From IMG/VR virus record IMGVR_UViG_3300020151_001173, positions 1 to 28,022 of that record: 28,022 bases of DNA; one strand, 5' to 3'. Shown in pieces: positions 10,601 to 18,275 of this stretch. The translations under genes and the position numbers were made by a program. The stretch is from a virus (lineage: Duplodnaviria > Caudoviricetes). Positions within the stretch are counted from its first letter, which is position 1, and the number at the start of each line of letters is the position of its first letter. The notes under the pieces are model-generated. The model ran no database searches, was not told the origin of the DNA, and saw nothing but the letters and a program-made list of their open reading frames with translations.

Positions 10601-13600
10601 CAACTGCTGGTGGTGCAATTGGAATTGTTACCGTACCAACTTCGGTAGGATATGGAACAACAGGACTTGTTAAGGGAGTATTGTTAACAACAAATAATTT
10701 AGTTGGGGGATCTGGATATACAAACCCAGGAATTTATACTGGAGTAACTTTAAATAGTGTTACTGGAATCGGTACAAGTGCAAGAGCAACTATTATTGTT
10801 GGTGGTGGAGGAACTGTTACAAGTGTTGATATTGATTATGGTGGTAGAGGATATGTTCAAGGAAATACTCTAACGGTAAACAATCCAACTTTAATTGGTG
10901 GAAGAAGTGGGGGATCTGATTTTACAGTTTCTGTCAATACAGTAGAAACTAGACTTTATCTAAAACTAACAAATAATCAAAAATTCCCAGGTTCCAGTTT
11001 AATTACCGATTATATAGAAGACAGAGACGCAGTTGGTATAGCAACTACAGTTGCTGCCAATTACGCAGTAACATTCAATCCAACAGATGTCTCTACTGGA
11101 GGTAATGTAGATTTTTCAAATGATAGAATTATTGTCGGTACTACAAGTTTTGCCGATGGAGATCCTGTTGTTTATAGTACAGGTGGAGGAAATCTTTTAG
11201 GCGATCTTATCAACAACACAACATACTATGTTAAAAAGGTTGGAATTAGCTCTGTTGAACTTTATACGACATATGCACTTTCTACTAAGAAAGACTTAGC
11301 AACAAGTGGAACTGGAACCCACTCATTAACAAGAAGGGGAGTAAACGTTGATACGGATCAAATAGTATTCGTCAATCATGGATTTAGTGTTGGAGATGCA
11401 GTAAGATCTAGCGGTTCAACACCAACAGGAATTACAACAAATAGTTTTTATTTTGTTGGATCAGCAACCACAAACTCATTTACTTTACATGCAACTCAAG
11501 CAACTTCTTTAGTCTCAATTAACGGACTACTTTATAATCCTATCGATATTACTGCAGTTCCTTCTTCCGGATTCGTAACATTTACAAAACAAAATGTTGC
11601 ATATGAAGCAACAGTAAATACATCCTCAGCCGATCCAAATAACTGGAGTATTTTAGCTTCTGGAAGTATTGACGCAGCAAATATAACTAGTGGAACGATT
11701 TCTCCAACTAGATTAGGAACTGGTAGTGCAAATTCAGATACATTTTTATCTGGAGATTCCAGCTACAAGAAGGTGGTAAAATCTGTAGGAATTGGAACAA
11801 CTGAGCCAATAACCATTATATCTTCAAGTTTTGATAGTTCTTCGGGTGTTACTACACATTATGGTAGTCTGAATCTAAAATTAAATAGAGTAGAACAAAC
11901 TCTAGACAGTTTCTCAACTCTCGGAGTATCCAAATTTAAGACCTCAACATTCAGTATTGGGGATGACGGTCAAGTTTCTGTTAAAAATTCAGCGACTGGT
12001 GATATTGACGCTGCTACTTTAGGTGGTCAATCTGGATCATACTATCTGGATACAAACAATTTAGTTGGAAATATTCCAATCACTAAAGGTGGTACTGGAT
12101 TATCAGCTCTTCCCTCAAATGGTGCAATTTTAGTCGGAGATGGATCCGCATATGCTCTGACAGTAAATCCTTCAATCGGAGGAACTGTAACTGCTTCATT
12201 TGCTGTTCCTGCAAATAAAGATATTATATTTACAACAGGAACTTGGACAGGGGAAAAGGCAGCAAAAATTCAATACTCTTCCAACAACTTGTATTTACAA
12301 TATACAAGCAGTTTAATTGGAAGAAACTCCAGTGGAACTAATAGATTTACACTAGATTCATCTGGAAATGTCTCTATTGGTGGATCAATATCAGCAATAA
12401 CTGTACATTCTACAGTTTCTACAGGGACTGCGCCATTAGTCGTAAGTTCAACAACTCAAGTTAATAACTTAAATGCACAATATCTTAACGGATATAGTTC
12501 TTCTTCTTCAGCAACTTCAAATACAATTGCATTAAGAAACGCAACTGGAGGATTAGTTGGTGCAGATATTACAGGAACTACAGGAACATTTAGTGGAAAT
12601 GTTTCTATAAACAATCCTTCCTCACTATCATTTGGATCTTCTGTAAGACAAATGATTAACCTTTGGAGTACTGCTTATGGATTAGGTGTACAATCTGGTA
12701 CACTTTATTATAGATCTGGTTCTAGATTCTCTTGGCATCGTGGTGGTTCGCATAGTGATAATGAGAATGACGCAGGATCTGGCGGATCTGTAGCAATGAC
12801 TCTGGATAATTCCAGCAATCTCGCCGTAACAGGAACTGTTCAAGGTACAATATTAATTTCCAATGTATCAACAGGAACTGCTCCACTTACAGTAACTTCA
12901 ACAACTCAAGTTACAAATCTGAATGCTTCATACCTCGAAGGATATGCAAGTGCAACTACAAATACTGCAAATACGATCGTTAGAAGAGATTCTAATGGTG
13001 ACTTTGCAGCAAGAACAGTAACTGCAACAATATCGGGAAATATCACGGGTGTAGGTGCAACATTTACAAATGGAAACTTTACAAACACTTATACAAACAA
13101 TGTTTACGCTAATGTCGGTATAATAACAGCAATTAGTGGTACAAACTCGAATTATTCTGGAATATCAACCGCGTCTCGATTCGTATCTATTGTTTCTACA
13201 GGAACTGCTCCATTAGTTGTAAATTCAACAACTCAAGTCACAAACCTGAATGCATCTCAGTTAGAGGGATATACAACTGATACTGCAAATACTGCCAATA
13301 GAATCGTCAGAAGAGACGGATCTGGTAACTTCAGTGCAGGATCTGTTACTGCAACTGGTTTAACACTTAATGGTGGGGGTTCAACAACCTCTGCACAATT
13401 AACTTTCAGTGGGGCAACTAACAATTGGATTACATTTGGCACAACTGGAGTTGCTGCACCAGCATTTACTACAAGAAGTGTTGGTACTAAAGTTGTTTGG
13501 TATGCAAACATTGGTGGTTCCAATGTTGACTATGCAACAGGTATCGATAACGATACTTTATGGCATTCTGTTCCTACGACATCCCAACAGTTCAGGTGGT

Positions 13601-14199
13601 ATGGTGGAACAACTCTTGCCGCAACTTTAACTGGGGCAGGTGCATTTAGCATATCCTCTTCAATAACTGTTCCTGGTACAGATAGGGCATTTGAGGTTAA
13701 TTCTTCTGGTGGAGTTTCTCTCTATTCGAATGAAATTAATGCAGGTGCTTTGGGTGGAACTGGAAGCTTGTATTTTGGTTATAGAAGAACTAATAATCTT
13801 TATTTTGGCGCAAGTGGAAACTGGGGAACATGGCAATCTAGCGGATTAACAATTACTGGCGCATTAAACGCAACAACAAAATCCTTCGTAATTCCACACC
13901 CAACCAAAGAGGGAATGACCTTACGTTATGGATCTCTTGAGGGACCAGAAAATGGAATTTATGTAAGAGGAAAATCTAACAATTTGATAATTGAACTGCC
14001 AGATTATTGGACAGAACTCGTACATGAAGATAGCATAACAGCCACATTGACACCAATTGGCAATAGTCCCGTACCTAGAGTTTTGAAAATTGAGAATAAT
14101 AAAGTCCATGTATTTTCAAAAGAAAATGGTCCAATTGAATATTTCTTTGTTGTTTATGGTGAAAGAAAGGACGTTGAAAAGTTAATAGTCGAATATTAA
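4660..14199 (+). CDS. Giant modular tail fibre / adhesin (3179 aa)
   Basis: Uninterrupted 9.5-kb Gly/Ser/Thr/Asn-rich ORF. It has a 16-aa repeat shaft, a beta-helix domain paralogous to 2688..4268, three (HG)FxxGDxV beta modules, three STGTAPL-V-STTQVxNLNA repeats, and a C-terminal KSFVIPHP...SLEGPE domain. Confidence 0.85.
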   Translation: MDKFLSGRKSQLNVGISSFTENNTVITTIGRVGIKTDNASSDLEVFGTAKVSGISTFGSGIAVTLDGDGGEIRIGSGVTITNSTFKSGDTYLDSSALAVNTVLTDLIETTSVQSTNIVATGVGTIGTLSVDTLTYGVGIANTLEGYQLNYSVGVVTSLSGSGLEYNVGIITNLTGVNLNYSGVSTIQDLRSAVGVVTNISGTFLSYSGVGTFGSINATSIGLSSDIYASIGNFGVGVVTTISGIGLSYSNGTVEKLNGQNLNYSGISTVTTLTGENLNYSGIGTVSSLYGTDLNYSGIGSISSIVGSNINYSGVGTISALTGTNLNYSGVSTLSNLNGFNISYNGIGTISTLTGIDINYSGVGTFAASNIQTLEGNQLTYNSATFTSIASTDINISGISTILTLEGSTLNYSGLSTISTLMGSDIEYVGISSLTYLNGTNLNYSGVGTIATLVGSNINYSGISSFATINGTNLNYSGVGTITQIKSNNVEVVGLSTLDTIRGTNLNYSGIGTIDTLSGNNINYSGISTFQYLEGTNLNYSGIGTISTINGTTGNISDISGSTLNYSSGTVTTLDGDTSTFLEGSFDDVTTINLNSSGIGTIPEIKGSNLEYTGIGSITNIAGTNLNYTGIGTIPILSGTNINYSGVGTITTLNGTEINISGFGTIPYLNGTNINYSGIGTISNLNSSDSNITNIRGTNLNYSGVGTVITLYGTDINYSGVGTIGTLFGNNINYSGSGSISNLNGTNLNYSGITTVNELFATDFTLSGVASISSLRGNTLYYKNVFSNVGLVTEISGTNLDYIGVGTIATFNSNSSNIQTLSGNDINYSGIGSITNLNGSNINYSGIGSINNLSGTNLNYSGIATATTINSIIGIITTAQIQTISGTNLNYSGVSTIGNVKIGFGNTTLIVTGDARVIGILTVGSGSVTINGNNNVLTGVSTFNANSGIITTLSGTQATYDSAILNNDLKFIGINTQTSGINTYRFVGASSTDSQSYTLTLPPNLGIPGQVLTLNPGGKLSFENAGLYENRIYVSTANGNDANDGKAAPVATIKRAAQLASFESFVLPGGRYLDAANLLEANKEFIKSEVIGFTTTTYPALLTDPEYDETICKRDIGYIVDAIVYDLSYGGNSKSVAAGLAYWNAGTSYVAGETTETVSAYRYIIDLSKYIINNVGVPTTYQNTLFQSYDLSIAYDDSCNPSAYSENCCADVLSAIGSYVGIVTTIIGIGTAATPSVTLPTVKSNPVCIFVEAGEYVEDNPIILYEDVAIVGDNLRNTIIRPLNSGKDLFRVRNGCYVTGFAMKDYVDAAGVPQYTFDYAIAFDDPSDPNTPRTGYAVKTTKPIITRSPYIQNCSILSFLGGNGILVDGSKVLTPNTAIIPEEAENPVIGPQPEFGKSMVANAFTMVSFGGIGWRVINDGYSQVVSCFQIFCRYGSLAQSGGYLSITNSATNFGYYALKSTGFNQRSYVFDRGVASATGTSGGLQTLKVIGLGRTDQDLYVLRFIDGSGIDQTSSFKQSVVSKTVNIAVGVNTTTDTVGIASHGFTEGDKVVYLGHEGIIPAQVIGGLVNQNEYYVKFVDVDNFKLYEDESLTRLVDLTSVTTGINTFQKGNQEFFNFETVDTHNSYQKIGIASTSSTLNFVPGRQVTQSVNGGTAVGYAYTYNSSSRELIVSVEKIAGVRNNFGVTGIGTNSIILDHSGSPVSIAITSVTGITTLSTVEFKVDSTETGNQVLNIANLVENYKVHFHRPSIVNSSSHTWEFSGSGIDYNALPQNGGKTDVATEQVYSLGGRVYSSGTNELGDFKIGEFIIAYNRTGNIVFNNKVSIGQLDSLRLSLSGGVAIEEFSTDVGLGDNEIGGPLDSRVSTQKAVRSFLNNRLGDFIDKSVSTNAVPSSIVQLNSIGQINPDLIPPKVVNYYKTNVSGGRTTLVDQIPAINLGNGDTVIEPDSGYVLISDVYGQYLILNNNTRNYNFQNGDVVTSTTTAGGAIGIVTVPTSVGYGTTGLVKGVLLTTNNLVGGSGYTNPGIYTGVTLNSVTGIGTSARATIIVGGGGTVTSVDIDYGGRGYVQGNTLTVNNPTLIGGRSGGSDFTVSVNTVETRLYLKLTNNQKFPGSSLITDYIEDRDAVGIATTVAANYAVTFNPTDVSTGGNVDFSNDRIIVGTTSFADGDPVVYSTGGGNLLGDLINNTTYYVKKVGISSVELYTTYALSTKKDLATSGTGTHSLTRRGVNVDTDQIVFVNHGFSVGDAVRSSGSTPTGITTNSFYFVGSATTNSFTLHATQATSLVSINGLLYNPIDITAVPSSGFVTFTKQNVAYEATVNTSSADPNNWSILASGSIDAANITSGTISPTRLGTGSANSDTFLSGDSSYKKVVKSVGIGTTEPITIISSSFDSSSGVTTHYGSLNLKLNRVEQTLDSFSTLGVSKFKTSTFSIGDDGQVSVKNSATGDIDAATLGGQSGSYYLDTNNLVGNIPITKGGTGLSALPSNGAILVGDGSAYALTVNPSIGGTVTASFAVPANKDIIFTTGTWTGEKAAKIQYSSNNLYLQYTSSLIGRNSSGTNRFTLDSSGNVSIGGSISAITVHSTVSTGTAPLVVSSTTQVNNLNAQYLNGYSSSSSATSNTIALRNATGGLVGADITGTTGTFSGNVSINNPSSLSFGSSVRQMINLWSTAYGLGVQSGTLYYRSGSRFSWHRGGSHSDNENDAGSGGSVAMTLDNSSNLAVTGTVQGTILISNVSTGTAPLTVTSTTQVTNLNASYLEGYASATTNTANTIVRRDSNGDFAARTVTATISGNITGVGATFTNGNFTNTYTNNVYANVGIITAISGTNSNYSGISTASRFVSIVSTGTAPLVVNSTTQVTNLNASQLEGYTTDTANTANRIVRRDGSGNFSAGSVTATGLTLNGGGSTTSAQLTFSGATNNWITFGTTGVAAPAFTTRSVGTKVVWYANIGGSNVDYATGIDNDTLWHSVPTTSQQFRWYGGTTLAATLTGAGAFSISSSITVPGTDRAFEVNSSGGVSLYSNEINAGALGGTGSLYFGYRRTNNLYFGASGNWGTWQSSGLTITGALNATTKSFVIPHPTKEGMTLRYGSLEGPENGIYVRGKSNNLIIELPDYWTELVHEDSITATLTPIGNSPVPRVLKIENNKVHVFSKENGPIEYFFVVYGERKDVEKLIVEY
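5095..7350 (+). repeat. Degenerate 48-bp (16-aa) coding tandem repeat, consensus G(T/S)N(L/I)NYSG(I/V)(G/S)T(I/V)xxLx
   Basis: I counted about 24 units containing NYSG, plus many variants (NYTG, EYTG, DYIG, SYNG). Synonymous codons are diverged between units. Confidence 0.9.
12409..13340 (+). repeat. Three dispersed ~45-aa repeats (SxVSTGTAPLxVxSTTQVxNLNAxxLxGY...IxxR)
   Basis: Copies start near 12409, 12859 and 13186, and are similar at both DNA and protein level. Confidence 0.85.
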
Positions 14200-14220
14200 T
14201 ACTCGATCTCAAGCACATTC

Positions 14221-14228
14221 TATAAATA
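14221..14228 (+). promoter_or_regulatory. T4 late promoter (TATAAATA, perfect consensus)
   Basis: Exact TATAAATA, intergenic, 21 nt before ATG 14250. Confidence 0.85.
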
Positions 14229-14249
14229 AATCTAGGGAACTATTAAAAA

Positions 14250-16697
14250 ATGGCTAATTCTGACAAAAATATAGTCATAACTCCAAACAGAAATCAATCT
14301 GCGCAACCAGAAATTGATTTTACTGGATTTGGCAACACAACAATATCACTTAAAGTTTTAGACGATTCATACGGAACTTTAAGTTTTGAAGGATCTGCCG
14401 GACAATTGTTTGCAATAACCAATAATCTTACTGTTGGAAGTATTTTTTCAGTTAGTGATGTTTCAGGAATTCCTAGTATTGATGTAAACGCAAATGGAAA
14501 TGTAAGTCTTGGTGCATATACATCAAATGTTGCGATAGGTCTTACTAATGCAACGTCGAAACTTCATGTTTCTGGAAATAGTTTATTTACTTCAGGAATA
14601 ACAACTATTTCCAATTTATCCAGCACGAATGGTGTATTTACTAATATTAATTCTTCAGGAATAACTACTGCAGCAACTCTAGTAGCAGGAAATGGTGCTG
14701 CTTTAGGATCTTCACCATTAGTTGTTAATGGAACGGTTGGAAATAATGACTCACAGTTATTGATAAAAAAACCATCACAATCTTCATTCAGTGTTCTTGC
14801 CTGGGATGGTGCAGTTTATTTTTCAGCAAACACTTATTATGACAACGGTTCCTGGATTCAAAGTGCTCCGAGTGGCGATAATAATAATCAATTGTTCGTA
14901 TTAGATCCTGGAGGTGGCGTAAGATGGTACGCATCCAATAATGGTACAGGTTCTTGGAACGTTGCCAGTGATTTGCAACTTTGGAATGATTCTGGAGTAT
15001 GGCAAAGACCATTAGCAAATACTTTAACAATATCTTCACCTCTTACAGGAACTTCATATAATAATTCTTCTGCAGTTACTATTGGAATTAATGCAACGAG
15101 TGCAAATACTGGAAATTATGTTGTTCAGCGTGATGGTTCCGGAAACTTCAGTGCAGGAACAATTACAGCTGCTTTAAGTGGAAACTCAACAACTGCCACT
15201 ACAGCATCCAATTTATCTGGATTTACAAATTCGAACAGTTCAAATCCAGTAGCAGCAGATAGTGTAACCAATAATGGTATTGCATATGTCAATACTAATA
15301 TATCACTATATTCACAAACTGATGGCGCACTATATTCTCAAGCATATAGTTCTAGTTGGATTCACCAAATTTATGGAGACTATAGATCTGGACAAATTGC
15401 AATTCGAGGAAAAAATAACGGAACCTGGCAAGCTTGGAGAGCTGTTTTAGACGCTTCAAATTATACTTCTTATGCTATTGCAGCATCAAATGGTACTGGT
15501 AATGAGATTTATAATAATGGTTGGTTCCGCAATAATGATTCTGGTGAAGGATTATATAACCAAGCAACTACCCTTCATTGGTATTCGGATTCTGCAAATT
15601 ATTGGAACAGCGCAACTTCTAGCAGTACTACTGGTGGTATTAGATTCAGAGCTGGTTATGCTTCTACCATTTATGGATATGTTTATCATGATACTAGTGG
15701 ATTTGGTTTATTGGATTCTGCCGGAAGTTGGTCTTATAGAACTACAACTAGTCTTATAGAAATCTATAAGACCATGTATACTAGAGCAATTGATGTACAG
15801 AACTATAGCATAAGCAATACTGCTCCAATAACACCATATGGAGTAGGAGGTAGCAGTGGTCATACAAGATCATCTTATCCATATTCTTTTGGTTACCAAG
15901 AAACTGGTGGATGGACATATCCATATCCAGATCTTATTCTCCAATATCATACCGGCGTTACCATGGCAGCAAATAATGGTTATGAGGGTGTTAGATTTAA
16001 AGCAGATTATAATAGTGACACTCTAATATTCCAAATTAATGGTGGGTCGAACTACATTTACAAGTATAATTGGTTATATACCAATACGACAGGAACATAT
16101 TCGGATACAAACGGAGCGCACTACTACCCAAATACAGGAAGCAGTTATGGTGCTTGGAGAATTGATGGGTCTAGAAATGGTTATACTGGCACTTGGCATA
16201 GCGTCGGTGGTGTTTCTGAAATGTGGGACAGTAGTGGAAATGGTGGATGGTATAGGGAAGGGAGTGGTAGGTGGTACATGTATTACCTATTGGGTAATGT
16301 ATGTATGGCAGTTAATACATCAACAACATCTGCCTCATATGGGTTATATGTCGAAAAAGGAATTTATTCGACAGCAAATATTGTTGCATATTCTGATGTA
16401 AGAAAAAAAGAAAATATAGTTACTGTTGATAATGCTTTGGGTACAATATCAAAATTAAGAGGTGTTTTCTACAATAAGATTGATGACGAGACAAAGACAC
16501 GCCAAATCGGAGTTATTGCTCAGGAAGTTGAATGTGTTCTTCCAGAAGTTGTAACCCACGCAAAAGATATTGATGAATATGGAGTATCTTATGGAAATTT
16601 TGCCGGATTGTTCATAGAAGCATTCAAAGAACAACTTGAAATAATAAATACAATGAAGGAAGAAATTGAACTTTTAAAAATTAAACTAGGAGAATAA
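14250..16697 (+). CDS. Tail fibre / receptor-binding protein with C-terminal intramolecular chaperone (peptidase S74)
   Basis: The C-terminal SDVRKKENI...LRGVFY...GVIAQEV..VLPEVV...VSYGNF..LFIEAFKE plus coiled coil matches the S74 chaperone. It also has a knob-like QIYGDYRSGQIAIRGKNNGTWQAW segment and a shufflon/PilV-like IYNNGWFRNNDSGEGLY segment. Confidence 0.88.
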   Translation: MANSDKNIVITPNRNQSAQPEIDFTGFGNTTISLKVLDDSYGTLSFEGSAGQLFAITNNLTVGSIFSVSDVSGIPSIDVNANGNVSLGAYTSNVAIGLTNATSKLHVSGNSLFTSGITTISNLSSTNGVFTNINSSGITTAATLVAGNGAALGSSPLVVNGTVGNNDSQLLIKKPSQSSFSVLAWDGAVYFSANTYYDNGSWIQSAPSGDNNNQLFVLDPGGGVRWYASNNGTGSWNVASDLQLWNDSGVWQRPLANTLTISSPLTGTSYNNSSAVTIGINATSANTGNYVVQRDGSGNFSAGTITAALSGNSTTATTASNLSGFTNSNSSNPVAADSVTNNGIAYVNTNISLYSQTDGALYSQAYSSSWIHQIYGDYRSGQIAIRGKNNGTWQAWRAVLDASNYTSYAIAASNGTGNEIYNNGWFRNNDSGEGLYNQATTLHWYSDSANYWNSATSSSTTGGIRFRAGYASTIYGYVYHDTSGFGLLDSAGSWSYRTTTSLIEIYKTMYTRAIDVQNYSISNTAPITPYGVGGSSGHTRSSYPYSFGYQETGGWTYPYPDLILQYHTGVTMAANNGYEGVRFKADYNSDTLIFQINGGSNYIYKYNWLYTNTTGTYSDTNGAHYYPNTGSSYGAWRIDGSRNGYTGTWHSVGGVSEMWDSSGNGGWYREGSGRWYMYYLLGNVCMAVNTSTTSASYGLYVEKGIYSTANIVAYSDVRKKENIVTVDNALGTISKLRGVFYNKIDDETKTRQIGVIAQEVECVLPEVVTHAKDIDEYGVSYGNFAGLFIEAFKEQLEIINTMKEEIELLKIKLGE

Positions 16698-16698
16698 A

Positions 16699-17133
16699 AT
16701 GGCATTGATCAGAGATTTTGAAATTCCTGGAAGTGGATTGGTTGCAAAAGACGCATACCATATTATAGTAAACGTTGCTACTGAAAAAAGACTTCAAGAT
16801 ATTTTACCTCCCCCAGATCCAACACAACCAAGTGGACTGAGTATTAGAGACGACGAAGATGAATCACAATTCGTTTATTGGAAGTCTGGATATGTTGGAA
16901 GAATTGCAATTGAAGTTTATGCGTCTAAAACGGCAAGATCAGATGGAAAAAAACCAATAGGTGCTTTAGCAATGTCACCAACTGATGTTAGTGTCGATTG
17001 TCAATTTGCAACTCCAGGAAAGGATTTTAAAGTTTTATTTTTTATAGATCCAGATAGTCCAGATTCTATTTTAACTCAGGCATATAATCATTTAAAGACT
17101 ACAGAATACTATAAAGATTCTATAGAAGACTGA
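16699..17133 (+). CDS. Hypothetical protein, probable tail-fibre-associated/assembly protein (144 aa)
   Basis: Starts one base after the fibre stop codon, with an AGGAG Shine-Dalgarno. The C-terminal QAYNHLKT motif is of the kind seen in proteins following phage fibre genes. Confidence 0.6.
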   Translation: MALIRDFEIPGSGLVAKDAYHIIVNVATEKRLQDILPPPDPTQPSGLSIRDDEDESQFVYWKSGYVGRIAIEVYASKTARSDGKKPIGALAMSPTDVSVDCQFATPGKDFKVLFFIDPDSPDSILTQAYNHLKTTEYYKDSIED

Positions 17134-17139
17134 TAAATA
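17132..17139 (+). promoter_or_regulatory. T4-type late promoter (GATAAATA)
   Basis: 7/8 consensus match, overlaps the TGA of the upstream gene, 40 nt before ATG 17180. Confidence 0.7.
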
Positions 17140-17179
17140 CTATTGGAATTAAATTATTATTAATTAATAGGTAAACGAC

Positions 17180-17392
17180 ATGGAACAAAATCATCAGCAA
17201 CTTTTCGATACTGTTCAGCAGCAACTAGAAGAACTTCAAAAAGAAATTACCCTAGAAGAACAAAAACTATCTTCATTGAAGGAAAGATTTGTACGTCTTT
17301 TGGGATCTAGAGATGTTTTAAGTATGCTAGTGCAAGATTCTCCAAGTGGTGAGCAGAAACCTTCGACTCAAAAGGAAGACACCAAAAAATAA
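17180..17392 (+). CDS. Small coiled-coil protein (70 aa)
   Basis: VQQQLEELQKEITLEEQKLSSLKERFVRLLG shows heptads. An AGGT Shine-Dalgarno lies upstream. Confidence 0.7.
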   Translation: MEQNHQQLFDTVQQQLEELQKEITLEEQKLSSLKERFVRLLGSRDVLSMLVQDSPSGEQKPSTQKEDTKK

Positions 17393-17418
17393 ATTATAAA
17401 TTCTATATTATTTGAATT

Positions 17419-18231
17419 ATGAAAAAAACATATTTTTTTATGGCAGGATTGCCTAGGAGTGGATCCACTCTTCTTGCTGCCATTTTAAATCAAAATCCCG
17501 ACATTCATGTAAGTAATGATTCTCCGGTTTGTGATTTACTTTTTAGTACTCATAAAACCTTTGAAACTTCTGAACAATATGCTGCGGATGAAAATTATTT
17601 GGGATACATGAAGGTTTGCTCTTCAATAATTGATAATTATTATTCTTATATTGATAGAAAGTATGTTGTAGACAAACAAAGATCTTGGGGGACTCCTTTC
17701 AATTTACAAATGATTGAAAGATTTATTACTAAGGATATTAAAATACTATGTCCTGTCAGAGATATTTTAGAAATTTTAGCTTCTTTTATCAATTTAATAC
17801 ATAAAAATCCAAATATTCAGTCAGTTATTGATAGGGATATTTCTCAAGCAGAAATGTTTTTTTATAGACCAGTTGACGATGTTAGATGTGACTTTTTAAT
17901 GTCACCAAAAAATCCAATGGATCAAGAATTATTTTCATTGAGCCAATCTCTTATTTCAGAGAATAAAAATAAATTCCATTTAATAGAATATGATGATTTA
18001 ATCAATGATCCAGAATCAACTATGAAAAATGTATATCATTTTTTGGGGATAGAGTACTTCAAACATGATTTTATAAATATTGAGCAAAAAAATAAACCAA
18101 ATGATTCTATCTATGGAATGAAAGATTTGCATAAGGTAAGGAAAAAATTAGAAAAAAAATCAATAGATCCAAAATCAATTCTATCTCCATATATTTTGAA
18201 CAAATATAAGGGGTATGAATTTTGGAGATAA
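17419..18231 (+). CDS. PAPS-dependent sulfotransferase (Sulfotransfer_3-like, 270 aa)
   Basis: It has the 5'-PSB loop MAGLPRSGSTLLAAILNQNP, VVDK, a 3'-PB-like motif CPVRDILEILASF, and IEYDDLINDPESTMKNVYHFLGI. Confidence 0.9.
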   Translation: MKKTYFFMAGLPRSGSTLLAAILNQNPDIHVSNDSPVCDLLFSTHKTFETSEQYAADENYLGYMKVCSSIIDNYYSYIDRKYVVDKQRSWGTPFNLQMIERFITKDIKILCPVRDILEILASFINLIHKNPNIQSVIDRDISQAEMFFYRPVDDVRCDFLMSPKNPMDQELFSLSQSLISENKNKFHLIEYDDLINDPESTMKNVYHFLGIEYFKHDFINIEQKNKPNDSIYGMKDLHKVRKKLEKKSIDPKSILSPYILNKYKGYEFWR

Positions 18232-18243
18232 ATGAGATTTATT

Positions 18244-18251
18244 GATAAATA
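18244..18251 (+). promoter_or_regulatory. T4-type late promoter (GATAAATA)
   Basis: 7/8 consensus match, intergenic, 24 nt before ATG 18276. Confidence 0.7.
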
Positions 18252-18275
18252 ATATTAATGTTCAATTTTGTTTAA

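Noticed and set aside
1924-15039. Short minus-strand ORFs (1924, 2473, 2684, 4318, 4689, 5948, 7326, 12906, 13257, 13921, 14788)
   Set aside because: They are antisense shadows of well-supported + strand genes and have no recognisable motifs.
15500-16160. Functional shufflon (DNA inversion system)
   Set aside because: Only protein-motif similarity exists. I saw no recombinase, inverted cassettes or repeated inversion sites.
8018-16401. Alternative-frame + strand ORFs (8018, 13409, 15472, 16039)
   Set aside because: They are nested in fibre genes, and their Leu/Met/Gln-rich composition is what off-frame reading of these codons gives.
17155-17170. AT palindrome tattaattaata as an operator or terminator
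   Set aside because: It is pure A/T in an AT-rich spacer and is expected by chance.
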